DNA from: Candidatus Acidiferrum sp.
GTDB lineage: Bacteria > Acidobacteriota > Terriglobia > Acidiferrales > UBA7541
Assembly: GCA_035544995.1 (NCBI GenBank)
Contig: DASZZI010000055.1
Span: 9,507 to 73,506 of the forward strand
DNA length: 64,000 nucleotides
Direction of reading: 5' to 3'
The notes under the pieces are model-generated. The model was given only the letters and a program-made list of their open reading frames with translations, was not told the origin of the DNA and did not search any database. Of this stretch, positions 38,941 to 48,681 are shown piece after piece. The first letter of the stretch is position 1; each line of letters begins with the position of its first letter. Made by a program: the position numbers and the translations under genes.

Positions 38941-40308
38941 TCACGATTCATGGTGGTGCTCGTGCTTCTCTGCCGGCGCTCCGGATTTTTTCCGCGCGAT
39001 GATCTCGTCGTACTCTTTGTCCGCCAGCACGCGGATCATCGTCATCATGCCCATCATCCCCGCGCTCCAGTTGTCGGGCAGGCCGTGCGTTTCCGGCTTC
39101 GCCACGGCGTCGTCCATTCCCATTTCCATGAAGGCATCCTGCGGAAAGCCTTTCACGGCATTCGCGTTTTCCGCGATCGGCGAGTGATGCACGTGTTCGA
39201 AGGGCACGCTCTTCGCAAGCGTCTCCATCTGACTGAGGGCTCTTGCATCGGTGGTGTCCGCGGTTTGAATCTGCCGGTCGCGCAGGAGATCCATCATGCT
39301 GTTCATCATGTGGTGGGGAAGATGGCAGTGCACCATCCACGCGCCGGGGTATTTCGCTTCGAACTCCACGACGCGCGCCTGCGCCACTCCCACCAGAACG
39401 GTGTTCATCGGATACCAGGTCGTCTCCGGCGCGCGGCCGCCTTCCGTACCGGTCATCACAAATTGGTGGCCATGCAGATGAATCGGGTGATGGTCCATTC
39501 CGATGTTTACGATTCGCAGGCGCACCCGGCTTCCCAGCCGCGCGAGCAACGGCGTGCTCGCCGGGGCAGACACGCCGTTAAACGTCAGCCAGTTGTATTC
39601 CATCGCCGCGGTGTTCGGCACCGTGTTGTTCGGCAGCACGGCCCACTCTTGCAGGATTAGCCCATAATCGTGATCGACGCGCGGCCGATAGGACTTTTCC
39701 GGGTGCGCGATGAAAAACCCGATCTGGCCCATCATTTCTTGCATGGCGCTGTGCGCGTGATAGAAAAATGTTCCTTCCTGATGAACGGTGAATTCGTAGA
39801 TGTACGTTTCGCTGGGCGCGACTGGCTTCTGGCTGATCCACGGTACGCCGTCCTGTTCGATGGGGATTTCGAGTCCATGCCAGTGCACCGAAGTGCTCTC
39901 TGGGAGATGATTTTCGAACATCACGCGCACGCGGTCGCCCTGCTGCACTTGAATCGTCGGCCCCGGGCAGCTTCCGTTGTAGCCCCAGGCGTCAATCGTC
40001 TTGAACGGCGCGATTTTTCTTTTCACCGGCTCGGCCACAAGCTTGAAAACTTTCACGGCGCCGTCCATTTCATGGGGGAGATCCGGGATATCCGGCGTCA
40101 CCATGGGAACAAACGGATCATGTCCAGACGCTGCACCTCGGCGCACTTCTCGTGCCTCAGGTATGTGCATCGTGTGACCCATGTGCTCTTGCGCTTTCAT
40201 GACGCTACCGCTTTCTCTCTCCTGGCCGGCTAAGCTCTCGCTCATGCCGATCAATCCTGCCCCCAATACCGCCGCATCCTGAAAAAACTTTCGTCTTGTA
40301 CCGTTCAT
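38941..40308 (-). CDS. Tat-exported two-domain multicopper oxidase
   Basis: TRRKFF leader; HWHG, YHAH, HPIHLHGH, HCHLPHHM copper motifs; Met/His-rich tail. Confidence 0.92.
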   Translation of the reverse strand: MNGTRRKFFQDAAVLGAGLIGMSESLAGQERESGSVMKAQEHMGHTMHIPEAREVRRGAASGHDPFVPMVTPDIPDLPHEMDGAVKVFKLVAEPVKRKIAPFKTIDAWGYNGSCPGPTIQVQQGDRVRVMFENHLPESTSVHWHGLEIPIEQDGVPWISQKPVAPSETYIYEFTVHQEGTFFYHAHSAMQEMMGQIGFFIAHPEKSYRPRVDHDYGLILQEWAVLPNNTVPNTAAMEYNWLTFNGVSAPASTPLLARLGSRVRLRIVNIGMDHHPIHLHGHQFVMTGTEGGRAPETTWYPMNTVLVGVAQARVVEFEAKYPGAWMVHCHLPHHMMNSMMDLLRDRQIQTADTTDARALSQMETLAKSVPFEHVHHSPIAENANAVKGFPQDAFMEMGMDDAVAKPETHGLPDNWSAGMMGMMTMIRVLADKEYDEIIARKKSGAPAEKHEHHHES

Positions 40309-40464
40309 CTATGCCTCCTAGCGTACTGGTTTCTGCCGTGTATTTATCAAACGCGATAAATTCTTCTCCACGATTAACTTATGCAAATTAACGGCGCAAA
40401 AAATTGAATTGGTTAAGAGGGGGACAGAATTCACTCCGTCCCATTTACATGCGGAAAGGACTAC

Positions 40465-40899
40465 TCAGATGCGCAGGTGCGTTGTTTGGAGGGGGTTCTC
40501 TGATGATCGCGAACTGCTGTTCCTCTCCCGCCGTCGGGACCAATTTGTGCTTGTGACAACAGAGAGCGGGCTCGAAGCCGATACGATATGGAATGTGGCG
40601 GCAGTGCTGCGAGTTACTGACGAAAACTGTTCTTGCTTGCCTGGGCTGGGTAATACAGCGAGGATTTCTCCCGCACGGCAGGGCTTGAAGGTATTTAGGC
40701 TGCTCTGCGACCCATCATTATATTGATATTGCGCCGCGGTGCTGTGGCATCCTTCTGTTTCCGCTGCTTTCGCGGCACAGGATTTTGCGGAGCAAAGAGG
40801 CGCGCACAATGGAGCGTTGATCACGGCGAACAGCGCCACGATCGCGATCAGTGCCGTTGTCCGGCGGTTCTTTCTCGAGAAATTCGTTTCGCTTGTCAC
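40465..40899 (-). CDS. Hypothetical Cys-containing protein upstream of the copper genes
   Basis: Hydrophobic N-terminus then LCAPLCSAKSC...GCH; co-oriented with the oxidase. Confidence 0.55.
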   Translation of the reverse strand: MTSETNFSRKNRRTTALIAIVALFAVINAPLCAPLCSAKSCAAKAAETEGCHSTAAQYQYNDGSQSSLNTFKPCRAGEILAVLPSPGKQEQFSSVTRSTAATFHIVSASSPLSVVTSTNWSRRRERNSSSRSSENPLQTTHLRI

Positions 40900-41186
40900 T
40901 TCCTCTATACGCTACGCCGCATGACTCTGCCCGTTAACACATCGCCTCTAAGTTGTGTCAAACCTATTTAGAAATGTCCCCGCCGCTCAATCGTTCCTCG
41001 CAGTAATTGACCCGTTCACCGTTCCGGTCTACATTTTTCCTCGGTCGGGAAAAGCGCGTTCCTCTTGAGTGCCGCTGGGAGCCTTCGAATGTCTTTTTTG
41101 CTTTTCGCTCATTTTTTTCAAGCGTGGAAGCCGCATTTTTCAATTCTCGAAGGCGCCCCGGCCAATCTGAGAAGCGTGTCCAGAAA

Positions 41187-41263
41187 TGGTGGGCCTGGGG
41201 AGAGTCGAACTCCCGACAAACGGTTTAGGAAACCGTTGCTCTATCCATCTGAGCTACAGGCCC
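41187..41263 (-). tRNA. tRNA-Arg(CCT), intact with CCA
   Basis: GGGCCTGTAGCTCAGATGGATAGAGCAACGGTTTCCTAAACCGTTTGTCGGGAGTTCGACTCTCCCCAGGCCCACCA folds into a full cloverleaf; TACAAT -10 at 41274-41279. Confidence 0.96.
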
Positions 41264-41315
41264 GTACCGCTTCATTGTAATACGTCCTGCGGCCCCAGCG
41301 ATGCTCGCCTTATCT

Positions 41316-42335
41316 TCACGGCTTGGGTGGCGGACCACTTGGCGTTGGAGGGGTTACGGTGCCCGGGTCCGACCGCTCATTCGGCACCAGTTTCGATATG
41401 CGCAAACTCTTGAAAATCGTGGGCCAGTATTCCTTCACGATGTTGCTCGCTGCACTGAAGCCCATGCGAAAGCCGAATCGGGTAAATGTTTTTCCGGTGG
41501 TGCGCTCCCCGTCAGGGAGATAACTGTTCGCGAGGCTCTCGGCTAGGAGTGCTCCGATTACCCCGGACCAATTGAAAACTTCCTGGCCCCTATCTGTGCG
41601 CGTCACCAGGATGCGGCGAAGCGCGTAACCCACGCGCTGCCTAACCGTGCCGTGCAGCTTCACAAAGTAACGCGGATCCTGGCGAAGCATCGCCGGCAAG
41701 AGGAAAGTTCCAAACAGGTGGCTCGACGCGCCGCTGGCCATGGAAGAGCCGAAGCGTTTTCCGTATCCACCCCACTCCTGGCCGTATCCGGGCAGTGCGT
41801 TGCGTGCTTGTGCGATCCCCGCGGTGAAGGAGGAAGCCAGAAATCTCGACGGCGCGATGGATTCGTCAACGGCAAGTTCAAACTTTTGGCCGCTACTCAG
41901 GGGTCCTTTGTCGGTCGCAAGCTCGGGAAAGAACAACGACCTTTTTCCAAGTATCTCCAAAGTCGTTTTCAGACGTGTGTTCTCTGGCTTTTGTGTTGGA
42001 TGGGTATCGCTTTGTTTGGCCGTCGGCGCATCAGGAAGATTGCCGCGTTTCGACTCCTCCTGCGCCACTGCCCCACCACCGGCCATGAGAAGAAGAGCGC
42101 TCAGCAGGAGCAGACTCAGCCAATCTCCTGGGAAAATTGTTTTTTTACCCGCCACTTGGCTCTCGTTTCTGCGTCTCCTGTGAGACTTCGCCGCCTGTGA
42201 ATACGGTTGCTCACGTATAACATGTTCCATCCGCTGAGGGCAGCACGCAAATGTCTCTTGCTCTTGACACCAGACCCACGCTGCCCTATGTTCTTGCGCG
42301 AAGGAAGTGGAAGTCGCAAGCTCCCGCCTGCTCAC
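41316..42335 (-). CDS. Acidobacterial conserved hypothetical secreted/membrane protein
   Basis: LPDAP motif, GYGQEWGGYGKRFG, LRQDPRYF; start uncertain and probably downstream of 42335. Confidence 0.7.
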   Translation of the reverse strand: MSRRELATSTSFAQEHRAAWVWCQEQETFACCPQRMEHVIREQPYSQAAKSHRRRRNESQVAGKKTIFPGDWLSLLLLSALLLMAGGGAVAQEESKRGNLPDAPTAKQSDTHPTQKPENTRLKTTLEILGKRSLFFPELATDKGPLSSGQKFELAVDESIAPSRFLASSFTAGIAQARNALPGYGQEWGGYGKRFGSSMASGASSHLFGTFLLPAMLRQDPRYFVKLHGTVRQRVGYALRRILVTRTDRGQEVFNWSGVIGALLAESLANSYLPDGERTTGKTFTRFGFRMGFSAASNIVKEYWPTIFKSLRISKLVPNERSDPGTVTPPTPSGPPPKP

Positions 42336-42361
42336 GAAGATTTCCGCTTTGGAGGTATCTC

Positions 42362-42718
42362 ATGCCATTAAACCTTACGTCGCTATAACTCGTATCCTCG
42401 CCCGTAACCCTGCAGGAAGGCCTGAAGATCCTGGAACGCGATGATCATCGCTGCCAGTACTGCGGCCTCGACGGCCGGGCCAGTTTCGAGAACGCCCTGG
42501 TCATGCAGGTGGATTTCGTCCTGCCGCGGGCTCGCAAGGGAAGGAAGGATCCGCGCAATCTGGTGGCTTGCTGCCGTCCCTGCAACATGCTCAAGGGCAA
42601 GCGCGTTTATGCCAGCCTCGATGAGGCCAAAGCGTACGTGCTCGCGCGCCGCGTCGAGTTGCGCAACGCCTGGCTATCCAACACGGCGCGGCTGCTCGCC
42701 AAGTCGGCGAAAGCCTAG
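42362..42718 (+). pseudogene. HNH-like Zn-finger protein with in-frame TAA at codon 9 (42386-42388)
   Basis: GGAGGT RBS, then MPLNLTSL*LVSSPVTLQEGLKILERDDHRCQYCG...DFVLP...NLVACCRPCNMLKG. Confidence 0.7.
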
Positions 42719-43022
42719 CAAGCTTCCAAATCCAACCGCGTCCCGTCGCCTCCTGTGGGTGCCCTTCGCTCTTATCGAGGGCCACCCGCAAGAGAGCGGT
42801 TAACTCATGGTGAAGAGATTTATCGACATCTATCAGGGGTGGCAGCCACTTTCCGAAATGCCGACTTCCCAGGCCCAATTCTGTACAAGCCTCCGGAACG
42901 GTACAAACACCGAGCTTAGACGCCCTGTTTTTGTGAGTTCAATTTACAGTACTGACCACAAGATTAGATTGTGAGGCGATCCATCACCGGATCGATCAGG
43001 ATGCTTCAAACAGCCCGGCAGA

Positions 43023-43196
43023 TTATGCCGAAGGATCCTTCTGACGCGTGCTTCGCACACCCGTTACGATCCCGATCCCCAACAGGATGATGGCCCCGAC
43101 CGCAATCCAGTGCGCCGGTACATGCATTAAGTACGCGCCATAAACGAGACCGCCAATTACGATCAAGAAGCCCAGTGCGTACAGTCCGAATGACAT
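43023..43196 (-). CDS. Small two-TM membrane protein (57 aa, below the ORF-track cutoff)
   Basis: MSFGLYALGFLIVIGGLVYGAYLMHVPAHWIAVGAIILLGIGIVTGVRSTRQKDPSA; AAAGGA RBS upstream. Confidence 0.75.
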   Translation of the reverse strand: MSFGLYALGFLIVIGGLVYGAYLMHVPAHWIAVGAIILLGIGIVTGVRSTRQKDPSA

Positions 43197-43666
43197 GATG
43201 TGTCCTTTCCCGCTCTACCGACGTCGCTTCCGCCAATATTCCGTCTGATCCTTTGTAACAGGAGCGAAGGGTCCACGCTCCTGCATAACCGCCTATCCCG
43301 CACAAAGTTTGGCACTTAAGGGACACCAGGGCTAGTCAATAGTGCACCGTGTCCGAAGCTGTCTGAACGAAGATACCAGCACCCCACGCTGTGGAGGAAC
43401 CGGTTCGTCCTCTGGATGGTTCATGCTCTGGGATAGCTTGGTTTGGTGGCGATTGCTGCTGATAGACGTTGCGAATAACTGTCGCGAACAGGCCTTTCGA
43501 CGACCTATCTGGAGTACTGATGGTAAGGGGAGTTTCCGGCCGCAATCTGCGAGTACTGGACAAACTGTCCACAAACGCACATAAATTTCCAGACGAAGTC
43601 TGCTATTCATTCATCCGTGATAACGGCACTCCCACCAAGATCAAAAGCCGGGTCTTTGAGACGGCC

Positions 43667-44356
43667 ATGACTCGCCGACGCCAGAGGTCTTTTCGCCCGG
43701 CAGCTTTTCTAACAAGAATGGGCGCGAAAAGCATTATCGCTTTATTTCGTGAGGGGCAAGCCATCTGTTCACAGGGCGACGCCAGCAAGGAAGTGTTCTA
43801 CATCGAGAAAGGGCATGTGAAACTCACAGTGAAGTCGAAGCGGGGTAAGGAAACGGTTCTCGGGATTCTGCATCGTGGAGACTACCTGGGTGCGGGCTGC
43901 ATGACGGGTCAAGCGTTCCGCACGGCGACCGCTACCGCACTTACACGATGTGCGATCCTGGTCATCGAAGAGAAGGAGATGAGGCGCGCTCTCCACAATG
44001 GCCATGAATTCTCAGACCATTTCATCGCCTGCCTGCTTGTACGGAACGTCCGGATTGAAGAAGACCTAATCGACCAACACGTAAGCTCCTGTGAGGAACG
44101 CTTGGCTCGCGCACTATTGCTAATCGCCCGCTACGACAAGATACGCAAGCCAACCACGGTCATCCCGAAGATCAGTCATAAGACACTCGGGGGATTGATT
44201 CGCTCGACCCGGAGCCGCGTCTGTTACTTTATGAATAAGTTCAAGAAGCAAGGGTACATCGAGTATGGGAAGGGATTACGAGTTCACAGTTCTTCGCTGA
44301 CCGGGGTCTTACAAGACTCGATGTTCTCCCATCTGCGTGCTTCTCGACTGAGCTGA
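43667..44356 (+). CDS. Crp/Fnr family transcriptional regulator
   Basis: cNMP domain SQGDASKEVFYIEKGHVKL...GDYLG and HTH ISHKTLGGLIRSTRSRVCYFMNKFKKQGYI; start set at ATG 43667. Confidence 0.88.
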   Translation: MTRRRQRSFRPAAFLTRMGAKSIIALFREGQAICSQGDASKEVFYIEKGHVKLTVKSKRGKETVLGILHRGDYLGAGCMTGQAFRTATATALTRCAILVIEEKEMRRALHNGHEFSDHFIACLLVRNVRIEEDLIDQHVSSCEERLARALLLIARYDKIRKPTTVIPKISHKTLGGLIRSTRSRVCYFMNKFKKQGYIEYGKGLRVHSSSLTGVLQDSMFSHLRASRLS

Positions 44357-44768
44357 ACACCTGGGCGCAACTTGGGCGCAAAACAGGCCCGATGCGTCTT
44401 GGTCAACGGCTAATTCCCAAAGGCGCTGGAAGCCTGCTGCTTCTGCGGCTGCCAATATTGTCAACAATTTCCCCGGGTCAGTCTCCAACAAAGCCTCAGC
44501 AGGGTGCCCCATTTGCCTGCTTGCGAGTGGGATCATTCGAACAATCAGGAACTTTTTAGGCCCTCTGCGTCTGTGTCTTAACCCTTTGTTTTCTTGTTCT
44601 TGCGGGTACCCCACCCTTGGTTTTTAAGGGTGGGTTCATTCGAACGATTTATCCATCTTTTTCCGCCGAGCGTCGCCGTAAACCTTTCTGCCTCTGTCGC
44701 TTCCAGCCACTAGCCTCCACTTTCGAGCCTCCGCAATCGTTCGAATGAGTACTACGTAATAATAGTAT

Positions 44769-44797
44769 TTGACAGGATATTATTTCCATGCTATGCT
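44769..44797 (+). promoter_or_regulatory. Near-consensus sigma70 promoter
   Basis: TTGACA-17 bp-TATGCT with TG extension. Confidence 0.75.
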
Positions 44798-45016
44798 GGG
44801 TCGTGATACTTCGATTCCAGCCCGCTCCGTCCCCCTCCTCTCACCGCGTACGGCGCCTGCCCCGGCCCGGCCGGGGTCTCCCTCCTGGCCAATCTTCTAT
44901 TTCCCGTCGTCCATCCCCTTTCTCTTCAACCGCTTACAAAATGCTCCTCCCGCAACTCCTTTGCTTTGACAACCATCCATTTTCATGGGGGGTGTACCCC
45001 CCTCAACGAGGAAATC

Positions 45017-45505
45017 ATGAACTCCACAACGACGAACTCCAGCTCCACCGTTGCAATCCAAGCACTTACAACCAAGAACGACTCCGCCCGCTGCCAGCAT
45101 CGTTTCGCCAATGGCAAACGCTGCCGCAACTCCGCCTCCAAGTCCCATTTTGGTCTTTGTCTTCACCATTTCACCGTGAGTGCCGCCGTGGGTGCCTCCC
45201 GCCAACAATCCCAAAGTGACTCCGTTAACCTCTCCGCCGAACTCCTCCCCGAACTCTCGGAGTTCTCCTCCGGCGCCGACATCCGGCAATTTCTCGCCCG
45301 CCTCCTCATCCAGGTGACCAAGGGCCGCGTCTCCCCGCGCCGCGCCTCCGTGCTGGCTTACATCACCAACCAGCTCCTCCACTCCCACCGCGCCATCGAC
45401 CGCGAAACCAACCCCGACGACGACCACGTCACCATCATCATGGACGGCCCCCGCCCAGATCGCTCCCAGAACGACGAACATTCATCGACCATCCAACGCT
45501 CATGA
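45017..45505 (+). CDS. Hypothetical protein with Cys/His zinc-knuckle-like motif
   Basis: RCQHRFANGKRCRNSASKSHFGLCLHH followed by a helical domain; GAGGA RBS before ATG 45017. Confidence 0.7.
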   Translation: MNSTTTNSSSTVAIQALTTKNDSARCQHRFANGKRCRNSASKSHFGLCLHHFTVSAAVGASRQQSQSDSVNLSAELLPELSEFSSGADIRQFLARLLIQVTKGRVSPRRASVLAYITNQLLHSHRAIDRETNPDDDHVTIIMDGPRPDRSQNDEHSSTIQRS

Positions 45506-45541
45506 CGCGCGCCGCTCATCGTCGATTCCCGTCTCGCCTGT

Positions 45542-45575
45542 GTAGGGGCGGTCGCCGCGGCGACCAGTTCGCCCT
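45542..45575 (+). repeat. GTAG-type REP-like hairpin
   Basis: GTAG-GGGCG-GTCGCC-GC-GGCGAC-cagtt-CGCCC nested inverted repeat. Confidence 0.45.
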
Positions 45576-45731
45576 CTTCCTGGCACAGCCACTCTCGCTT
45601 GTCCAGCTTGCCCAGAACCTCGAAGGGAGCCAGCCTCGGTGGGCGAAGGGCCACTTCCTCCATCCACCCGTGCTATCATCTCTCCGGCCGCATCAAAACT
45701 GTCGCACAACCCTGCCGAGCCGGAGGTCACC

Positions 45732-47429
45732 ATGAGCCGCACACTTCGCATTGCTCTCATCGCCGTTGGCGTCTTCGTTGTCCTTCTCCTCATCGCTCCA
45801 TTCTTGATTCCCGTGAACCAGTTCCGTCCCACCATCGAGCGAGAAGCTTCGGAAGCGCTTGGCCGCAAGGTGCAGGTGGGCAATCTCAGTCTCTCCTTGC
45901 TCAGCGGCTCGCTCTCCGCGGAAAACCTTTCCATCGGTGACGATACCAAATTCAGCTCTTCGCCTTTCCTTACTGCGAAGTCCCTGAACGTTGGCGTCGA
46001 TCTCCTGCCGCTCATTCTTTCCAGGACCCTCAACGTCACCGGCATCACCATCGAAAATCCCGAAGTCACTCTCCTCCGCAACGCAGCGGGCCAATGGAAC
46101 TATTCCTCGCTGGGTGGCTCTGCCGCTAAAGCGCGGACGAAGTCGAAATCCGCCGGATCCACAAACTCTGTCCCGGATCTCACCATTAAGAAGCTCGAGC
46201 TCAAGGACGGCCGCATCACCGTCGGCTCGACGAGCTCAAGAAAGCGCAGCACCTACGATCACGTCTCCCTCGTGGCTTCGGATTTCTCCATGACTTCCAA
46301 GTTTCCTGTTACTCTCACCGCGCAGCTCCCCGACGGCGGAAAGCTCAAGCTAGACGGCAAAGTGGGCCCCATTGATGAAGCCGATGCCGCACTTACGCCG
46401 CTCGATGCCAAACTGAATGTCAGCTCCTTGAATCTCGCCTCCACGGGCTTCCTCGATCCCTCCTTGGGACTCGGCGGCCTCCTCGATCTCGATGCAACTG
46501 TCGGCTCGCACAATGGCGAAGCCGAAACAAAAGGCGACGCAAAACTTTCCAAGGCGCTCCTCGTTGCCGGTGGCTCGCCTGCTACTGTCCCGGTCAACGT
46601 CAATTTCAATACGAAATATAATCTCCACAAGAACGCGGGCGTCCTCAATCCTTCCACGCTAAAAATCGGCAACGCCGCCGCGTATCTTTCCGGCACGTAT
46701 CAGACGCCCGCCGACGAAACCATCGTGAATGTGAAGATCGAAGGCGAGAACATGCCGGCTCGCGATCTCGAGGCTTTTCTCCCCGCGCTCGGCATCCATC
46801 TTCCGAAAGGCGCTTCGCTCGCCGCCGGCACCCTCAACACCAATCTCAATGTCACTGGGCCGACCAACAAACTCGTCACCAATGGCACCGTCGGGCTTTT
46901 CAAAGCGAAAATCGCCAACTTCGATCTCGGTTCGAAGATGTCCACCATCAACATGCTGACTGGCGTTAAGACCGGCCAAGATCTCGACATCGAAAAACTC
47001 ACCACAAATTTGCGCATGGCTACCAACGGCCTCCAGGCCGATAATTTCCTGGCGGTTGTGCCCGCGCTTGGCAATCTCACCGGCGCTGGCACGGTCGATT
47101 CCAAGAACAATCTCGATTTCAAGATGGCCGCAACCCTGGCAAACGCCGCCACCTTTTCCTCTTCAGCTGGCGCACCTGTGTCTGGCATCGGCGGCATTTT
47201 AGGAGCGATCGGTGGAGGCAAGGGCGGCTGCAAGGGCGCCACGATTCCGTTTCAGATCCACGGCACAACCGCTGATCCGAAATTTGTGCCGGATGTCGGC
47301 GGAATTGCCGCGAGCATGTTCCAGTCGCAACTTGGCTGCGTGGGCGGCACTGCTTCTGGAAAATCGCAGCAGCAGAATCCAAACAATCCCATAGACGCCC
47401 TCAGCGGTCTCTTCAAGAAGAAGCCCTGA
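45732..47429 (+). CDS. AsmA family protein
   Basis: N-terminal [40 protein letters not shown]; GGAGG RBS before ATG 45732. Confidence 0.85.
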   Translation: MSRTLRIALIAVGVFVVLLLIAPFLIPVNQFRPTIEREASEALGRKVQVGNLSLSLLSGSLSAENLSIGDDTKFSSSPFLTAKSLNVGVDLLPLILSRTLNVTGITIENPEVTLLRNAAGQWNYSSLGGSAAKARTKSKSAGSTNSVPDLTIKKLELKDGRITVGSTSSRKRSTYDHVSLVASDFSMTSKFPVTLTAQLPDGGKLKLDGKVGPIDEADAALTPLDAKLNVSSLNLASTGFLDPSLGLGGLLDLDATVGSHNGEAETKGDAKLSKALLVAGGSPATVPVNVNFNTKYNLHKNAGVLNPSTLKIGNAAAYLSGTYQTPADETIVNVKIEGENMPARDLEAFLPALGIHLPKGASLAAGTLNTNLNVTGPTNKLVTNGTVGLFKAKIANFDLGSKMSTINMLTGVKTGQDLDIEKLTTNLRMATNGLQADNFLAVVPALGNLTGAGTVDSKNNLDFKMAATLANAATFSSSAGAPVSGIGGILGAIGGGKGGCKGATIPFQIHGTTADPKFVPDVGGIAASMFQSQLGCVGGTASGKSQQQNPNNPIDALSGLFKKKP

Positions 47430-47484
47430 GGACTCCGCAAGATTGCGCTCTATTTTTTTGAAATTATTCGTAGCGCAGCGCCAC

Positions 47485-48062
47485 CTTGAAACGACGGCCG
47501 ATAGAGTGCGTGTCGGCTGAGAACCGCCTGAAACGGATTGAATCGCCGTGCCATACTCTGCCAATCCTTGCAGCGAATGATTTTGCGCGCGGATGTCTTC
47601 AAAGTTCGGATCCGCGAAATTCATTCGCGCGCCGCTGGCGTTCGATTCCCAGGGGCGGACGATCTGGTCAGGATTCGAGTAGGGCAAGGGGCGGAGGAGC
47701 ACGCCGTAAACCACGCTGAAAATCGCCGTACTGGCGCCAATACTCAGCGCCAGCGTCAACACGGCCACGGCTGTAAATCCGGGACTCTTCCGCAGCATGC
47801 GTACGCCGAAGCGCAAATCCTGCAGCAATGTTTCCAAGAGTGGAAGACTGCGCCGGTCGCGATAGTTTTCTTTGGTCTGCTCGATGCCGCTCAGTTTCAT
47901 CAATGCCTCCCGCCGCGCCTTCTCCGGACTCATTCCCGCCCGGAGATTGTCTTCGGTGTGCATCTGGAGATGGCTTCCCACCTCTTCCGCAAACTCACGG
48001 TCGCGCCGTTCCTTAGCAAACAACCCAGCGAGCCGTAATAACTATGCGCGTAATTGCCTCAT
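47485..48062 (-). pseudogene. ADOP/MacB-like ABC permease remnant: in-frame TAG at 48042-48044 and 3' truncation near 47485
   Basis: [14 protein letters not shown]...[50 protein letters not shown]; about 190 codons of a family normally about 800 aa. Confidence 0.88.
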
Positions 48063-48409
48063 GAGTTCTCCTCACCGGGGGCAAGGAACCGCGCGAGGAT
48101 CGCGGTGGTCTGCTCCCATTCCCGAGCTTCCTTCTCGAGTTGCTTGCGCCCGGCCCGCGTGAGCTTGTAATACTTGGCCTTGCGATTGTTGTCGGACTGC
48201 CCCCACTCCGACGCGATATAGCCTTCCTGCTCCAGCTTCAGCAGCGCGGGATACAAGGTTCCGTAGTTGACCGCGAGTAAATCACCGCTTGTCTGTTCGA
48301 TGCGGCGCGCAATCCCGTATCCGTGCAATGGCCCCAAAGTTTGCAGCGTCTTGAGGACCATCAATGCCAGTGTTCCTTGCCAGACATCCGCTTTTTCGTT
48401 CATCGTCAC
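48059..48409 (-). CDS. PadR family transcriptional regulator (acidobacterial type)
   Basis: QGTLALMVLKTL...LHGYGIARRIEQ...YGTLYPALLKLEQEGYI; ATGA overlap with the permease remnant. Confidence 0.95.
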   Translation of the reverse strand: MTMNEKADVWQGTLALMVLKTLQTLGPLHGYGIARRIEQTSGDLLAVNYGTLYPALLKLEQEGYIASEWGQSDNNRKAKYYKLTRAGRKQLEKEAREWEQTTAILARFLAPGEENS

Positions 48410-48681
48410 CCTCGTGGCTCCTATGGGATGGCCATACCGAAAATTCCATAGGTCCTATGGGATGGCAATAGAAGAAACGCAGCGCAACCCCATTTTGTTT
48501 CCGGTTCCCTGTATTTTTTCCGGGAGGCCGCCCGGCGCCACGCGGGAATTCCTTGCTCAAAGGGGTTAGCGTCTTCACCACCCGCGTGGATCCCATGGTG
48601 GCATTGCGGTACGAGTAGTGAAAAACACTGTTATTTCCTGAAAGATCGGGAAACTTTTCCTTTCGAACTGCGTTCCTAAGC

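Noticed and set aside
44309-44614. ORF 44309..44614 on the minus strand as a real gene
   Set aside because: It overlaps the crp 3' end, and has no recognisable motif or RBS.
13488-48062. Stop-codon reassignment, suggested by three in-frame stops (TAG 13713, TAA 42386, TAG 48042)
   Set aside because: The stops are of two types and imply different residues, many intact genes end in TAG or TAA, and no suppressor tRNA is present. Decay or sequencing error is simpler.
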